Assembly (NCBI GenBank): GCA_051294905.1
Contig: CM119371.1
Coordinates: 40,798,001-40,862,000 of the forward strand
From: Botryllus schlosseri
Lineage: Eukaryota
DNA: 64,000 nt
Reading direction: 5' to 3'
Shown here: piece by piece, positions 44,785 to 59,094 of the stretch
Numbering within the stretch: the stretch's first letter is position 1
Layout of the letters: every line of letters starts with the position of its first letter
Notes under the pieces: generated by a model
Seen by the model: the letters and a program-made list of their open reading frames with translations, nothing else
What the model was told of the DNA's origin: nothing
The model's database searches: none
Position numbers and translations under genes: made by a program

Positions 44785-46420
44785 CAGACTTGAATCAATT
44801 GTAATTTGTAATTGAGCTGAATGTAATTAATTACATTTTTCATGCGATTGCAATTGTAATTGAACCATTTCTATTTTGTGTAATTGTAATTGTAATTGTA
44901 ATTTGATCAAAATTTTACTCAATTACAATCTTAATTACATTTTCATGGAAACCTGACAATCACAACATAAATTAATCATTTAATTATTCATTTATTCGTC
45001 GCACCAGTGAAAATCCGGTGCGAACCAGGATGACGACGAGGGGCCTTAAGGCCTTAGTAAACAGTCACGACATGTAATAATTAGCCTATTTACATCGGTG
45101 TTCTATGCGTCCTGCGTAATAACTAGATCATTCAGTCACGCTAACCTGTTTTCCATACTTCAGTAGCAACAGAAAACTTTGTGAATTACAATATAGGCTA
45201 AACCAGTGGTTCGCAAAGTGGGGGCGCGCCCCCTTGGGAGGCGTGAAAGCAGCTGAACGGGGCGCGACGCTCCAGTGAACTGAACTCTTTTCCGCGTTTG
45301 GCCCGATTCCCCGATTCACATCCGTTTTAATGTTTTTTCTCGGTGTATAGTGTGAATTTCGTGTTGCTGAATTCTCTCATCAACAGTCATAACCTTCCAT
45401 ACCATCGAACTAAAAGTAAGGATTGCTAACTTTTTGGTTTCATTGTGTGCTATGACGATAAGGGGGACACGAAATATTCACTGTCATAAAGGGGGGCGTG
45501 TCTAAAAAAGTTAGAGAACCAGTGCGCTAAATCTTAATATTTCAAAAATGGGTGAACATCAAATAAACTCTTCTGAAACCTGTGATGAACCATTTCCTAC
45601 ACCACGGTCAAAGTTTTTTTAATCTCTGACCAGTACCGAGGCTTTTTGCAGCAATAGCAAAAATAAATTCAAGTTTCTAACCAAGGCTTCATCAAACTTG
45701 ATCACGCATTTGTAGAGATGTTATCCCAATCTTACCTCCAATCTTGGCCAAATTTACTGGGGCCAGAAACTTTTCGCACCCTAATGTTCATCAAATGCAA
45801 TCTAACAGTTTCCGAGCAAGTGAAAATGTAAATGCGAACCAAAATATTGTAATTATTAGTTATCAGGAGGATCTTTCCTTTTGCGTTTATTTTAATTTTA
45901 CGCACCTTATCGGTATCATCCTTATCGCTGACGCCTTACCAATTACATTTCATTATCCTCATTCAGCTCTGATTAGCCTAATCGTTTGATTACATTTCAT
46001 TGACTGTCCCGTAGCCTATTCGCTGTTAGTCGCTCAAACCTTTGGTTCTTAACAGTCACTTGAAACATTTTTCTGTGCTTGTAGTTTTCAGTACTCATGA
46101 TTAGGAATAGTTCGAATACGTACGAGTTTTTTTCAATTAAAGGGTATTCTACATATCGGGAATGAAACACGAATAGCTTGAGATTGTTGCTGATTACGTC
46201 GCTACGGTTGTTCAAGAACACCTCTTTACTAAATCAATCACCTGTTTAAAAGTAATTGTAATTGTAATTGTAATTAATTACATGTTTAACAGTAATTGTA
46301 ATTGTAATTTGATATTTTTAGCATTGAGTAATTGTAATTGTAATGTAATTGAGACATGCAAGGAAGTAATTGCAATTGTTTTTGTAATTGAATTAAAATA
46401 TTGTAATTAATCCAACTCTG
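44785..46420. mobile_element. 1.6-kb hAT-like element with GTAATT subterminal repeats
   Basis: CAGACTTGAATCAATT...AATTAATCCAACTCTG; 8-bp TSD CTGTGCAT. Confidence 0.82.
45204..45524. mobile_element. 321-bp hAT/Charlie-like MITE nested in 44785-46420
   Basis: CAGTGGTTCGCAAA...TTAGAGAACCAGTG; TSD GGCTAAAC/CGCTAAAT (6/8). Confidence 0.6.
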
Positions 46421-46996
46421 CTGTGCATATTCTTCGGAAGGCCTTGAATGCACCACTGGACTAAAATTACACTTGTGAATCACAGCATAATTTCTGTAAT
46501 TTCGATTCTTCATTTTCAATCATATCTACCTCTGCTCCGTAACCCTTGCCAATTCTTTATCTACTGCAATTCTGTAATCTGACTTCTCCGTGTATTGCAT
46601 ATGAATAACAATTTGACTGCATTACTGAAATTTAAAAAAATTACTCCAATTTCGCCATTTTCCTTTCGGGGCAGGTTGCTCCCGGATTATGTGTGTATTT
46701 ACCAGTTTTACTGTGAATAAAGAGTATAATAATATAATCGACCAACAAATTTCTGTAGGAGAACTCATTCAGGGCCGGGAAACATAGCTCGCGTTTGATG
46801 GAAATGATCAATAACGGTCTGGCATGGCATGATGGCGCGTAGCTTATTCATCAAAGTAAGAAACTCATTTTCCAATGTTTCTACGTGACACTGAGCAAGA
46901 ATCGTGAGAAAAACTTGACAATAGTGTACATCGGTTGCGTCCCATCGGTTGCGCTCCACACAATCACATTGCAACAATTCCACGGGAAGCAATGAT

Positions 46997-49372
46997 CAGT
47001 GGCGGCTCGTCCTATAGGGCAACTGGGGCATTGCCCCACCTAAAATTCTGTTCAATAACAATTTAACCATTTATAGACGCACAGCAATCAATATATACCG
47101 AGATCACAGCGAAACCCGCGTTCTTCTTGTGCTTTCGCTTGCAAACGCCCATACATAGCGAAGTCTCTGCGAAAATCGAATTCTCTTCTGTGTTTTCGCT
47201 TTGTGAATGCCTAGCCGGGGCTTGCCCCGGTAGCGCTCATAACAAGCTTTCACTATCTATTCTCTCAAAGCCGCGCACAATAAAGAAACGGTGATTTACT
47301 CTCTCCTATTCGTAAAATGGCCGGGCAACCGGGGCAAATATGCCTACTCGCCCTTAAGGTGTGATGTAACAATCGTATCTATATCTGAACTCGGTTACCG
47401 TAATATGCGTTGAGTCGACCTTTGCTGGTATAGGTCGATTTTGACGGTGTTTCGTACCATGATAATTCTTGAAACTTGGTATGATATGTCGTGAAGGTAG
47501 TATTTAACACTGCTCCAAGTTTCGGGCTTGCTACTTAAAGATAATGGTAGTAATTCCGTTTCCGAAGTTCAGTGTGCGCTGATCTATCATGTACATAGTA
47601 CAGCAAACAGATTTTACTCAAAAGCCGGTATTGGTCTCCATTGATTTTGACGATGTTCGATACCGAGATCGGTCATGACATTTGGCACGGTAAGTGTTAG
47701 TATCGACCGCTGTAACAAGTTTTAAGTTTGTCACTGAACTATGTGGGTGGTAATTTCGTTTCCAAAGTCGAGTAAGAGCTGACTCTTCATTTATCGCCAA
47801 CAAATTTACGCAAAAGCCGTTATTGGTCTCTATTGATTTTAACGATGTTCCATACCTAGATCTGTCATGAGCTTTCACACGGTATGTCTTGATTTTAGTA
47901 TCGAACGCGGTGCCAAGTCTTAAAGTTGACACTCAATGATTGAGGCAGTTATTTCGTTTTCGAGGTCGAGTATGGTAGAGATGCGCGCTGATCTGATACT
48001 TAGCCTACCTACGTCATTGCGGATTTCACGCAAAAGCCGGTGTCGGTCTGTGCTAATCTATAGTCTGCGTTCCATAACGAGATCGGTGATGATATTTCCA
48101 ATGGTATATCTTGATGATCGCATGAAACAGCTAACCAAGATTCTCGGTTTGCATTCAAATATTCACATAATTTTATGTTCGCCAATGTCCATAGTCCATT
48201 TCACTGTGAAATTGTGGCCTTCAAACCATTTGCTTACAATCCCCTGTCAATTGCGATAGCTATTTCATTTTCGATGTCGGCTAACAGCTGATCATTCGAT
48301 CAGCCTATTCCTCGATCTATTTTACTCAAAGTTCGGTGTTCGTCTGTTTGCATTGATTTTGACAGTGTACCATACCGGAATGGGTTATGAGATTGCGTAT
48401 GCTACTTCTCGATGATTTCTTGTAACAGTATACTAAGTTACGGCTTTTATTCATGTATTTATTGATTAATATATTTTCCAACGGCGATTTCGCAGCTGAC
48501 TTATAGACAGTAAGCCGTATGTGTTGTGTCACAGTCTCCAGTTTCAAGGCCAAAATGTCCTACGTTGTTCCGAGACCGAAGTTCCGAGGCTGCTGTCCTT
48601 AGTTCTTCAAAGACCATTCAAATTGATGTTCTGGATTCAATATGACAGGCCCAATCTATGAGATAACAATTGCGTATGTGTCCGAACTCGTTGACCTTTC
48701 CAGTTAGGCTTACGCAATCTCTCGAGTTCTAGTCATTGGAATTAGTCAGGTCAAGTCAAGTGCGAACATGAATCGTATTGAATCTTTATTCCGTACGTAG
48801 TTTACGCAGTTGCCTTTAGAGCGAAAATGAGAGGTCTAGAAGTTGTCCAGTCTATTGATCCAATCGTACGCCGGGTGCCTCCGCTTTGGTTGCCTATTAT
48901 CACCTGGTCGTAACCAGAGATGGCCACAGTCCGGTTCAGGAGCCGGAGCAGGATTTCAATGTTTTTTTTACCTGGCCGGACTGGATCCGGATTTCGAATT
49001 TGGGGTGACGGTCGGATTTTAGGGTCTATCGATTTGCGTAATCTATAACTCTACCATGAAATCAAAACGCATGCTACTAAGGATGACCTGATACTTGATT
49101 CGTGGCATAGGGACGATTCTTAGTTCACGTACATTTTGTAAAATAATCCTTTGATTCAAAATAAATGAATAAAACATTTTTACCACACTTCAAGTCACGG
49201 CTCACCGGCAAACCTCTCGCGGCACCTACGTTAAAATCACTGTTGTCGGGAAATTCATGTGACCATCATAAAGTTACTTTTTTACGTTGGAAAACGCCAT
49301 TGTGACGTCATGTTGATAAAAGTCGCTCGCAGCCCTTGCCCCACCACCCGATATTGTCACGAGCCGCCACTG
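46997..49372. mobile_element. 2.4-kb non-autonomous TIR element (8-bp TSD) with internal ~200-bp degenerate repeats
   Basis: CAGTGGCGGCTCGT...ACGAGCCGCCACTG; TSD GCAATGAT; empty site at ~56455. Confidence 0.87.
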
Positions 49373-49563
49373 GCAATGATATGTGCTCGTACCATTTCAT
49401 ATAATTCACATTCTTGCAGATAGGTTGCTCGATTTATGTTCAGTACACCCTGTCCAAACAAATGCCTCATTCCGAGCAGACCGCATTATGGTGGTTCGTA
49501 AAAAATACGCTGTCGACAAATCGTCTGTTTGCAAACTTTGCAGTGACATGTGATGTTTGCGAC

Positions 49564-49865
49564 GGTCCGTGGACATATGAGCATGCGACATTACAGCATG
49601 CGACACTTCGGCATGCGACAATTTGGCATGCGACACATGAGCATGTGGGTTAAATTACGGGTTAGGGGTAGGTTAGGTTAGGTTTATGGTTGGGTTAGGG
49701 TTAGGGTTTAGGTTAGGTTAGGCTAGGTTAGGTTAGGTTAGGCTATGTCTCGGGTTAGGGTAAGTTTTTGGGTTATACAGTCACATGCTGAAGTGACGCA
49801 TGCTGATGTGTTCCATGCTGAACTGTCGTTTTCCATTGTGTCGCATGCTCATATGTCGGGCAACC
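49564..49865. mobile_element. 302-bp Mutator-like MITE carrying GGTTA/GGGTTA telomere-like repeats
   Basis: Inverted GACATATGAGCATGCGACA ends; 9-bp TSD GTTTGCGAC; empty site at 56635-56643. Confidence 0.8.
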
Positions 49866-50589
49866 GTTTGCGACATCTCTGCACGACAAGTAATCAATCA
49901 CTAGGAATTAACATTGGAATTTACTATTCGTGTAAACGGGTTGTTAATACTATTTCGTGACATGCACTAACGGTGCAGTAGTTAACGTTCACACAATTCT
50001 TGAATATGACTGATCATAGCTCAATTTTCACAGCATACAATACGCAAGAGAAACAGCGATTTAAACCTTAAAGTAACGTTTATATCATCTAAAACCACTT
50101 TTTGGATGCGGACTATAGGGTTGGTATGAGCCTGCGAACCCCTATAAAAGGTTATTATTCGTGCAAACGCTAGCCTTTATGCAAGGTTCTGGGTGAATTC
50201 TAACGTGAACCTATGAATTCACGTGACGTCATATTGATAATTCCAGCCCTACATTTCGGTAAAGTGATATATTATTGTTCATTGGACACGATACCTATAG
50301 CGACGACTCAGGCTATGTTATGCCACAATGCTGAAGTAAATGCTGACTTTTAAACGTTAATAAATGTATCACTTGTAGCGATCAAATGCTATAATAATCC
50401 CGTAAAATCAATATCTTCCGTCGCTTTGCCAACAGTTTCGACGAGAGCTTGCAAAGTAATATAAGCTCACTTGTCAACAGTCTAGACCTGACAGGAAAAT
50501 GTATTCGGCATCTGACAATTGCTTCATTGATATTGAGCAGAGTGTACCAGTTATACCAAGCAATTTTGAAACCCAAAGAGGGTTATTGA

Positions 50590-51103
50590 TAGGGCTGGGC
50601 AAAATCGAGTACCTGAGTGATTCGATTCTGAATCACGTATTATGCTTCGAGTCGAGTCGAGTATTCGAGTATCACTAATTATGACGTCATAACAGAATGT
50701 AATATGACAAAGTTCACATATGTACCTTTTATGCCACAACAAAGAATATAATGCATGTTATCCAACACATTAAAGATACTTTGCTATTTTTAGACCATAC
50801 CGATTTCATTGCACTTCGTGACAAGGTTATGGGATGAATATGACCTCGGAAATGTGTTATTTCACGTAACGTTGGCAGCTTTGTACTATGATTCGTATGC
50901 TTCAATGCGGCCAATCAATAATTTAAGGCTTCCACATTGGAAAATAGTATCAAAACAAAAACTCTCGTTGATGTATGGACTTTCAGTGGCGAGGAGCGTG
51001 TAATTTCAGTGCTCGAAAAAATTGTCTTTTACTACTCGACTCGAATCATTAAAATTAATACTCGATTCAAATTCGAGTACTCGAATCATTGTGCCCAGCC
51101 CTA
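50590..51103. mobile_element. 514-bp hAT-like MITE (same family as 8763-9275, opposite orientation)
   Basis: TIR TAGGGCTGGGCA; TSD GTTATTGA; empty site at ~57715. Confidence 0.9.
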
Positions 51104-52505
51104 GTTATTGAACGTTCGCGTCTAGATGCGAACCTCGATCATTAACAGATTCGTTTTAACAAAACAATCTGGGTATAGCTACTACCCAACGAACATGTTG
51201 GTAATGATCCGAATTTTTGATCGAAATTTTATCAATTTCCAGTGCCTGTCACCAGCGTACGTAGCGATGAAAACACGTTTTTGCTAATGCTGACCGTAAA
51301 CTTTTGTATCAGCTGTAGTTATCCAGAGGGTCAACGAATCCCAGTGTTCCGCCGATAAAGTTCCGGAGTTCGGCAAGAGTCAAGACACGCATCCAACTTA
51401 TATGATTAGCGATCACACGCCCGTTTTGCCTATCATTGCCTGTAGATAATTAGACGCAATCATCAGTCGAATTGTACCTGTTGTGATGATACGCGGTTTG
51501 CAATGACGTATACACAAGGAAGACTTAGATTCGTAATTCCGGCCTATCTCCGATATTTATTGATTCATTTGAAATTGAGCTATTTGCATCCCGTGGATAC
51601 AAGGCAATTCCCAGGGTCAATCCTCATTAAAGATAGGATTTGTTTAGGATTACAGAATTTGTAGAGATACATATTCATATCTCGGGTTAGACGACTTCAT
51701 CTACACCGCAATGACGTATGCGTCAACTGAATATATATTACACATGACTGCACTTTGTACCGTGTACTCGTCGTTAACTAATACGAAGCAAATTATCCTT
51801 CACAAGAAAAAAAGGAGATATATATTTGTTTTCCATGCGATTTGGTATAGGAGGGGTGAATTGATTTCGGTCTTACAACTCAAGGACCAAAGGTTTAATC
51901 AGCGCAAGATTTTATAGGTTTTCAGTACAAGCTAGCTAGATACCACTACTGTAACGGGGCTATCGAGTTTTTATTGTAAAAGCAAGTCTCCAAATCACTC
52001 GCTACTGACTCGAAAATAGTCGAATATATTTCTGAAATTATACGGCACAAACTGCAACTTGTCATATGTGTAGTACACACACATTGATATACGTCGAACC
52101 GATACATTTCAGAAGTTCCTGTTAATCATGTGCCCGATACACCAACGTTATATATGTTATTATACAATGCTGATGTACACGCACAGTGTTCTCTCCAAAT
52201 TACTACTAGTTGCTGATGATTACCCCTGGCATGAGTCAGCCGTAAATATTTTGGATTTATTTACCTATCTTTATATACTATATAATTGACGAATGCTTCT
52301 GTTTACTACCCCCTCTAGTTGAAACGAGTCACGGAATGTTGGCGTAATTCTGATTAAAAAAACCGTTGCTCCAGTCATAAATTATGTCATGAAGTGTTAT
52401 CGCAGTGTTGAGTTAAGAGTTATATATTTACTGCTTTATATTCACTATTGCCTTGTACAGTGTCCATATCATGGGCAAGGCAGTGTGCTTAACAAAATTA
52501 AATAC

Positions 52506-55500
52506 TGACGTGAATTTGGATGAGTTGAAACTTTAAATTGTGAAATTTGTGAATGGAAATGGAAGTATTTTTTTCTTTCCAATTTTTGTTATGGCACGAA
52601 CTAAACAGTAACCTATACAGCCCCCGTTCACACGAATGCAACGTAATTGTCTAATAAACCAAATTTGCATTTGGTTAATGCCATTTCGTGACAGGTAACA
52701 ACTTTACAGATGAATAGGTTTAAATTGTTCTTGATCCTAATAGTTGATATCTCAATTTTCACAACAAAAAGTGCGTGAGAGAAAACGAGAATTTGACTAT
52801 GCATTATCCCTTCGTAAATTTTTTGTGCGGTTCGGAGTCATTTCAGAATTGGGTATGGAAGGCAAGCAGACACACTGACGGAATATGCGGACTATATAAG
52901 TAGTCGCCACTCGGATCGGATATTTGGTAGCATTTTACACCCAGAGCTCAAACCATATGTATAGCGCGAACGTTCGCCTTTTGTATGCCAAACGCCAGCA
53001 TGATGTTCGGTAAACAACAATAGTAGGCTTCCACATTGAAAGAAGAATCTGAATTTTCGGAATAAACGGTAATCTTAACAATCGCTGTATCACGGTGACA
53101 TCAAAGTCGCGATGCTGCATTTGCATATGAATGACAAATCGAGAAAGTTTGTGTAGTTTATGAAGACGTATATTTATACCGTGGCTTTGACGATTTCCAC
53201 TCTATTTCAATGGTCCATGCGACACCTGGAAATATATGACTTGTGGCTGTAGGCTACTATTATGATTTTCAACAATAACCTTTTTTTTCGGATTCTGGGG
53301 ATTCGCCGATCAAATTGTTGGTGGGCCTAAAAAAGATGCAGACGAAATTTGACTCGATTTTTACCAGCCGACGCCGCGTTAGAGCCAAATGTAAATTTTT
53401 CATTATTGATTTTTTTTCAATTCGACTATCAACCCAATGTAATTGTTATGTTGTACACAAAACGATGCAAAAGAAATTTGACGCAACTCCTGCCCGTAGA
53501 AACGACGTTCTCTTCAATAATCCCGGAATTTCCCACCATCGATGCTATTTTTCGGAATCCAAAGCTTTCAACTGCAGTAATATCGCTTGTACCGGTTGGA
53601 AGTTAGCAAAAATGATTTTTAGTTATACATCTTTCTCTTTTGCAGCTCAAATATTTCATGGGGTGACAGTAAATTTTGAGGACAATTTTTTTAAATAAAA
53701 TTAAAACTGTAAATTGGCTCTGCTGCGCCATCGCCATCGGCTGGTTTTGTTTTGTTTTAGTTTAGTTTTGGATTTATGCATTCATTTTTTAACAACGCTA
53801 CTGTACAGCGTACAATACGCTCCTAACTAATACCAAGCAGATTGTCGTTGACAATGGACATTCGGATATACATTTGAATTTCATACGGTCAAGTGCGAAC
53901 GGGAAGACTAGTTTCGGCGGTAAACTTGACTTGCACAACTCAGGAAGCCAAAGTAAATTCTACCAAATAATGTAAGGAATTTCAGTAGAGGTGAGTAAAT
54001 ATGCATGCACACTACAATGGAACAGCCGAGGATTTTGGTAAGTTAAAGTCTCTGAAATACCCAGGGTTGAAGTAAAAGTGTTCGCTTACTGGTCCGTTTA
54101 GTTATAAAGGTCTAATTCCGAAAAGTGAGACTTCCTTTCGATTGGTATCGTACACACATATCTGTTTACATCAAACCGACACATTTAGGAAGGTAACTTT
54201 AATCATGAGTCAAAAAACTAGCGATACTTTTTACTGCCACAAAGTTATTACGAACCACTGGATGTTCCAGTAATTTCAAATAAATCTGTTGATTCAGTAA
54301 AGAGTGGCACGGCATGATTTACTAGAGAGTGACATTTATTGCTGTTTGCCAGCGATCAGCGTGTACATATTATGAATGAGTAAGTGTTCTTTTCTTTGTA
54401 GTCGCATAAAAGGTACATATTTGAACCTCCCTCATCACCAATACTATTCGAGACTGACCTTTCGCGTATGATTTTGATAAATATATTATATCCATATTAT
54501 CCATATATAATATTCATTTGGTCACCACGCTATTTATTATTTTAGTTTCCCGCTAATATACCACAATGAGAAGGTGACTATTGCCTGTTCAAAAACTGCA
54601 CGTAGGGACGATCGATATTGTGGTGTTAAAGATAGTTGCACACTTTTTCACACAGTGAAACCTAACTTTCTGTTTGAGCACCATTTAGCTGAACCGACTA
54701 TAAGCCTAACCCGATGTTTCACCCCAACTCAGTCGTTCTTAACCTTTTTACACCGTTACCTTCAAGAAGAAAATGACAGGATGCGATTACCCCTTTTCAA
54801 AAAATATCAAGTTAAAGCTGGCAGTCAATTAATGTTAAAACAATACAACGTGACGTCATAATGTACACTGAAATGCCTGTTAAAAATATCAAGTCAATGT
54901 GAAGGCTGATGCTGTTTTTGTGTTATCCAGTGATCACATAGAGGAGAGGGAATGAGAATAATAGACATCATCTAATGCAATTGTCAATCGTAAACATTAT
55001 TTTAATATTTCGTTTTGATAGATACCATTGCAGATAATCCTATTTCACAGCACAGCAATAAGTTGAAGGAAATTCAGTCTGAAAGTTCAATGCCGTTGTG
55101 ACGAAGATTTGTTATTAATTTTGAAGGCGAACCCAAAAGTTTCCAATATCGTCCCCTCGTTTTTGGAAGGCATTCTGAGGATGCAAGACCCAATTTTCTG
55201 ACCAGACTATACCACTACACTTTTCAATACTAACAACTATATTTCTACGATATTGTTACTGTCTTATAGGTGTAAAGCTGAACTTAGACGTCCCTTGTTG
55301 TATTTCAATGCGTAAAAATATATGATCCGTACTACAGCATTAAATTGGCCTTCTAGCACTATACTAAACTGCATTCGACCATTTTATTCATAATAACTAT
55401 TGCTTCTGGTTACTATGATATCACAACAGGCATGGTGTGTTAGTGAGACAAGAGATATTTAGCCTACAAGCTTTCACAAACATATGTTAGCCTTCATTCA

Positions 55501-57539
55501 TATTTACGTTTGAAAATATTTCCTTGCAGCGTTATAATAATTTATAGGAAATGTCAATTTGAATTACCCCCGAAAATTGGTAAATTACCCCAAAGGATGA
55601 GTCGACTATAGACATCCTACATGGAGACTGAGCCGTCTCGGTGTTTTCAACTTAATAGCGTTTATTTAAAAGGTTCCCCATCTCAGGTTGGTCAACCTCG
55701 TCAAACTCTAGTGATAATGCACGTGTACAATACCTGCCGAATTGCAGATCGGAAGCGTATGGAGTTGTAAGTAAAATATTTTATAAGCATTGCGACACGG
55801 ACGTGTATTTCGCGTATATTTCACGAAATACTGCTCGTAAAACCTCTCATAAACGATAACAACCACAAGGTTATTACATCAAGGAAATCCGATAACCAAC
55901 CGGTCGTGACTTATCTTCTCATTGACTATGCGCCTTCACTAAACTGTAGCTACCGTATTTGCTGATAAGTACTGTCACCCTGAAAGCGATTAACTTAACG
56001 TATGCTCGTCAAATGCGGCGTAATATTAGGTTGTAAACCCAATCAACAGTATCTCAATATCATGGTTGAGTACTTCATCGGCAGGCTTTTATATCGGTAG
56101 TTCACCAACTGGTATTTAATATCTAGTAAACATTACCTACTTAAATGAGTATACGAGAACGACCAAATATTGATAATTATTCGATATATCTTCCCATCTA
56201 ATCAACCAAAAAAAATTCTGTAGGAGACCTCATTCAGGGCCAATTAACATAGCTCGCGTTTTCGGGAAATGATCACCAACGGCCTGGCATAGCAGGATGG
56301 CGCGTAGCTAATTCATCATCATCAACGCAATAAACTCATTTTCCTAATGTTTCTACGTGACACTGAGCAGAAATCTTGAGAAATACTTAACAATAGTGTA
56401 CAATGTACATCGGTTGCGGCCCACACAATCACATTGCAACAACTGCATGGGAAGCGATGATATGTGCTCGTAACAATTCATATAATTCACATTCTGGCAG
56501 ATAAGTTGCTCGATTTATGTTCAGTATACGCTCTGTCCAAACAGTCTCATACCGAGCACATCGCATTTAAGTGCTTCATAAAAATTACGCTGTCAAAGAA
56601 TCGTCTGTTTGCAAACTTTGCAGTGACATGTGATGTTTGCGACATCTCCGCACGACGCGTAATCAATCACTAGGAATTATCATTGGGATTTACTATTCGT
56701 GTAAGCGGGTTGTTAATACCATTTCGTGACAGGCACTAACGGTGCAGTAGTTAACGTTCACAAAAATTCTTGAATATGACTGATCATAGCTCACTTTTCA
56801 CAGCATACAATACGCAAGAGGAACAGCGAAACCTTAAAGTAACGTTTATATCATCTCTAAAACCACTGTTAGGGTGACGACTAGGGTTGGTGCGAACCTG
56901 CGAACCCCTATAAAAGGTTCTTTTTCGTGCAAACGCGAGCCTTTTTGTAAGGTTCTGGGTGAATGTTAACGTGAACCTATGACCTCACGTCACGTCATAT
57001 TGATAATTCCAACCCTATATTTCAGTACATAGGTATATTATTGTTCATTGGACACAATACCTAGCGACGACTCAGGTTATATTATGCCAAAATGCTGAAG
57101 TAAATGCTGACTTTTAAACGTCCCCAAATGTATCACCTGTAACGATCAAATGCTACAATAATCCCGTAAATTCAATATCTTCCGTCGCTTTGCCAACAAT
57201 TTCGACGACAACTTGTAAAGGAATATAAGCTCGCTTGTCAACGGTCTAGGCCGGACCGAAAAATGTATTCGGGTTCTGAAAATTGCTACAGTAATGATGA
57301 GCAGAGTGTAGAACGTGGTTCTATACTTGCTACCGAGATCACCCCATAATGTGGGTATAAAATACCCGACACTCCAAACGCACGGATTTGTTTGTTACGA
57401 TCAAATAAACATAATAAATCAAGATTGATCCCAGACGCCTGCAAAATTTGTTGACATTTGACAGCAAAGTATCCATTAGTGTAGTGTGTGTGTGTGTGTG
57501 TATGTGTGTGTGTATGTGTGTATGTGTGTGTGTGTGTAT

Positions 57540-57596
<57 letters not shown>

Positions 57597-59094
57597 TGTG
57601 TGTGTGTGTGTGTGGTGTAGTGTAGTGGTGGAACAAGCATTGTTTGCTGACTACCAAGATGTAATAGTGTAGGCTATTTCGTTCTTGATGTACCAGTTTT
57701 GGAACCCAAAGAGGGTTATTGAACGTTCGTGTCTAGATGCGAACCTCGATCATTTACAGACTCGTTCAAAACAACCTGGGTAGCTACTACCCAACGAACA
57801 TGTTGGTAATGATCCAAATTTATGATCAAAATGTTATCAATGTCAAGTGCCTGTCACCAGCTACGTAGCGATGAAAACACGTTTGTGCTAAAGCTAATAA
57901 CCGTAAACTTGTATATCAGTTGTAGTTACCCAGGGGGTCAACGAACCCCAGGGTTACGCCGATAAAGTTTCGGAGTTCGGCAAGAGTCAAGACACACATC
58001 CAACTCATATGATTAGCGATCACGCGCTCGTTTGCCTGTAGATAATTAGACGCAATCAGTAATCGAATTGTATCTGTTGTGGTGGTACGCGGTTTGCAAT
58101 GACGTATACACAAAGAAGACTTGGATTCGTAATTGAAACCGCGTCCTTTGGATATTCCGGCCGATCTCCGATATTTATGGATCCATTTGAAATCGAGCAA
58201 TTTGCATCCCGTGGATAAAAGGCAATTCCCAGGATCAATCCTCATTAAAGATAGGATTCGTTAGAGATTACACAATTGGTAGAGATACATATTCATATCT
58301 CGGCTTTGACGACTTCATCCACATCGCAATGACGTATGCGTCAACTGAATATACACTACACATGACTGCACTTTGTACAGTTAACTGATACGAAGCAAAA
58401 TATCCTTCACAAGAAAAACACAGATATAAATTTGTTTTCCATGCGATTTGGTGGGAGAGGTGAATTGATTTCGGTCTTACAACTCAAGGACCAAAGGTTT
58501 AATCAGCGCAAGGTTTTATAGGTTTTCCGTACAGGCTAGCTAGATACCACTACTGCAACGGAGGTATCGAGTTTTTATTGTAGAAGCAAGTCTCCGAATC
58601 ACTCGCTACTGACTCGAAAATAGTCGAATATGTTTCTGAAATTATACGGCACAAACTGCAACTTGTCATATATGTAGTGCACACACATTGATATACGTCG
58701 AACCGATACATTTCAGAAGTTCCTGTTAATCATGTGCCCGATACACCAACGTTATATATGTTATTATACAATGCTGATGTACACGCACAGTGTTCTCTCC
58801 AAATTACTACTAGTTGCTGATGATTACCCCTGGCATGTGTCAGCCGTAAATATTTTGGATTTATTTACCTATCTTTGACGAATGCTTCTGTTTACTACCC
58901 CTCTAGTTGAAACGAGTCACGGAATGTTGGCGTAATTCTGATTAAAAAAAACCGTTGCTCCAGTCATAAATTATGTCATGAAGTGTTATCGCAGTGTTGA
59001 GTTAAGAGTTATATATTTACTGCTTTATATTCACTATTGCCTTGTACAGTGTCCATATCATGGGCAAGGCAGTGTGCTTAACAAAATTAAATAC
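52506..59094 (+). repeat. Tandem unit copy 2 (6589 bp)
   Basis: Direct repeat with 59095 onward; identical spurious ORFs at 54574 and 61157. Confidence 0.92.
57484..57614. repeat. (TG)n microsatellite within a ~375-bp segment absent from copy 1
   Basis: Directly visible; ~57310-57686 has no counterpart at ~50545. Confidence 0.9.

Larger units (their letters stand above)
1278..52505 (+). repeat. Tandem unit copy 1, expanded by many insertions
   Basis: Colinear with 52506-59094 once insertions are removed, e.g. 1278 TGACGTGAATTTGGATGAG = 52506 = 59095, and 38122 onward = 54858 onward. Confidence 0.85.

Noticed and set aside
44646..46733. Non-LTR retroelement 3' fragment (AATAAA plus TAA-like tail) around the 44785 element
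   Set aside because: Absent from copy 2, but no clear TSD or coding remnant, so it could not be classified.
49655..49775. True telomere or chromosome fusion site
   Set aside because: Short, mixed repeats enclosed within a TSD-flanked MITE.
54574..54861. Repeated 95-aa ORF (also 61157 and 6646) as a gene
   Set aside because: GTG start, truncated in copy 1, overlaps a MITE end; the identity simply reflects the tandem duplication.
57286..57672. His/Thr- and Cys/Val-rich ORFs
   Set aside because: Translations of the (TG)n microsatellite.
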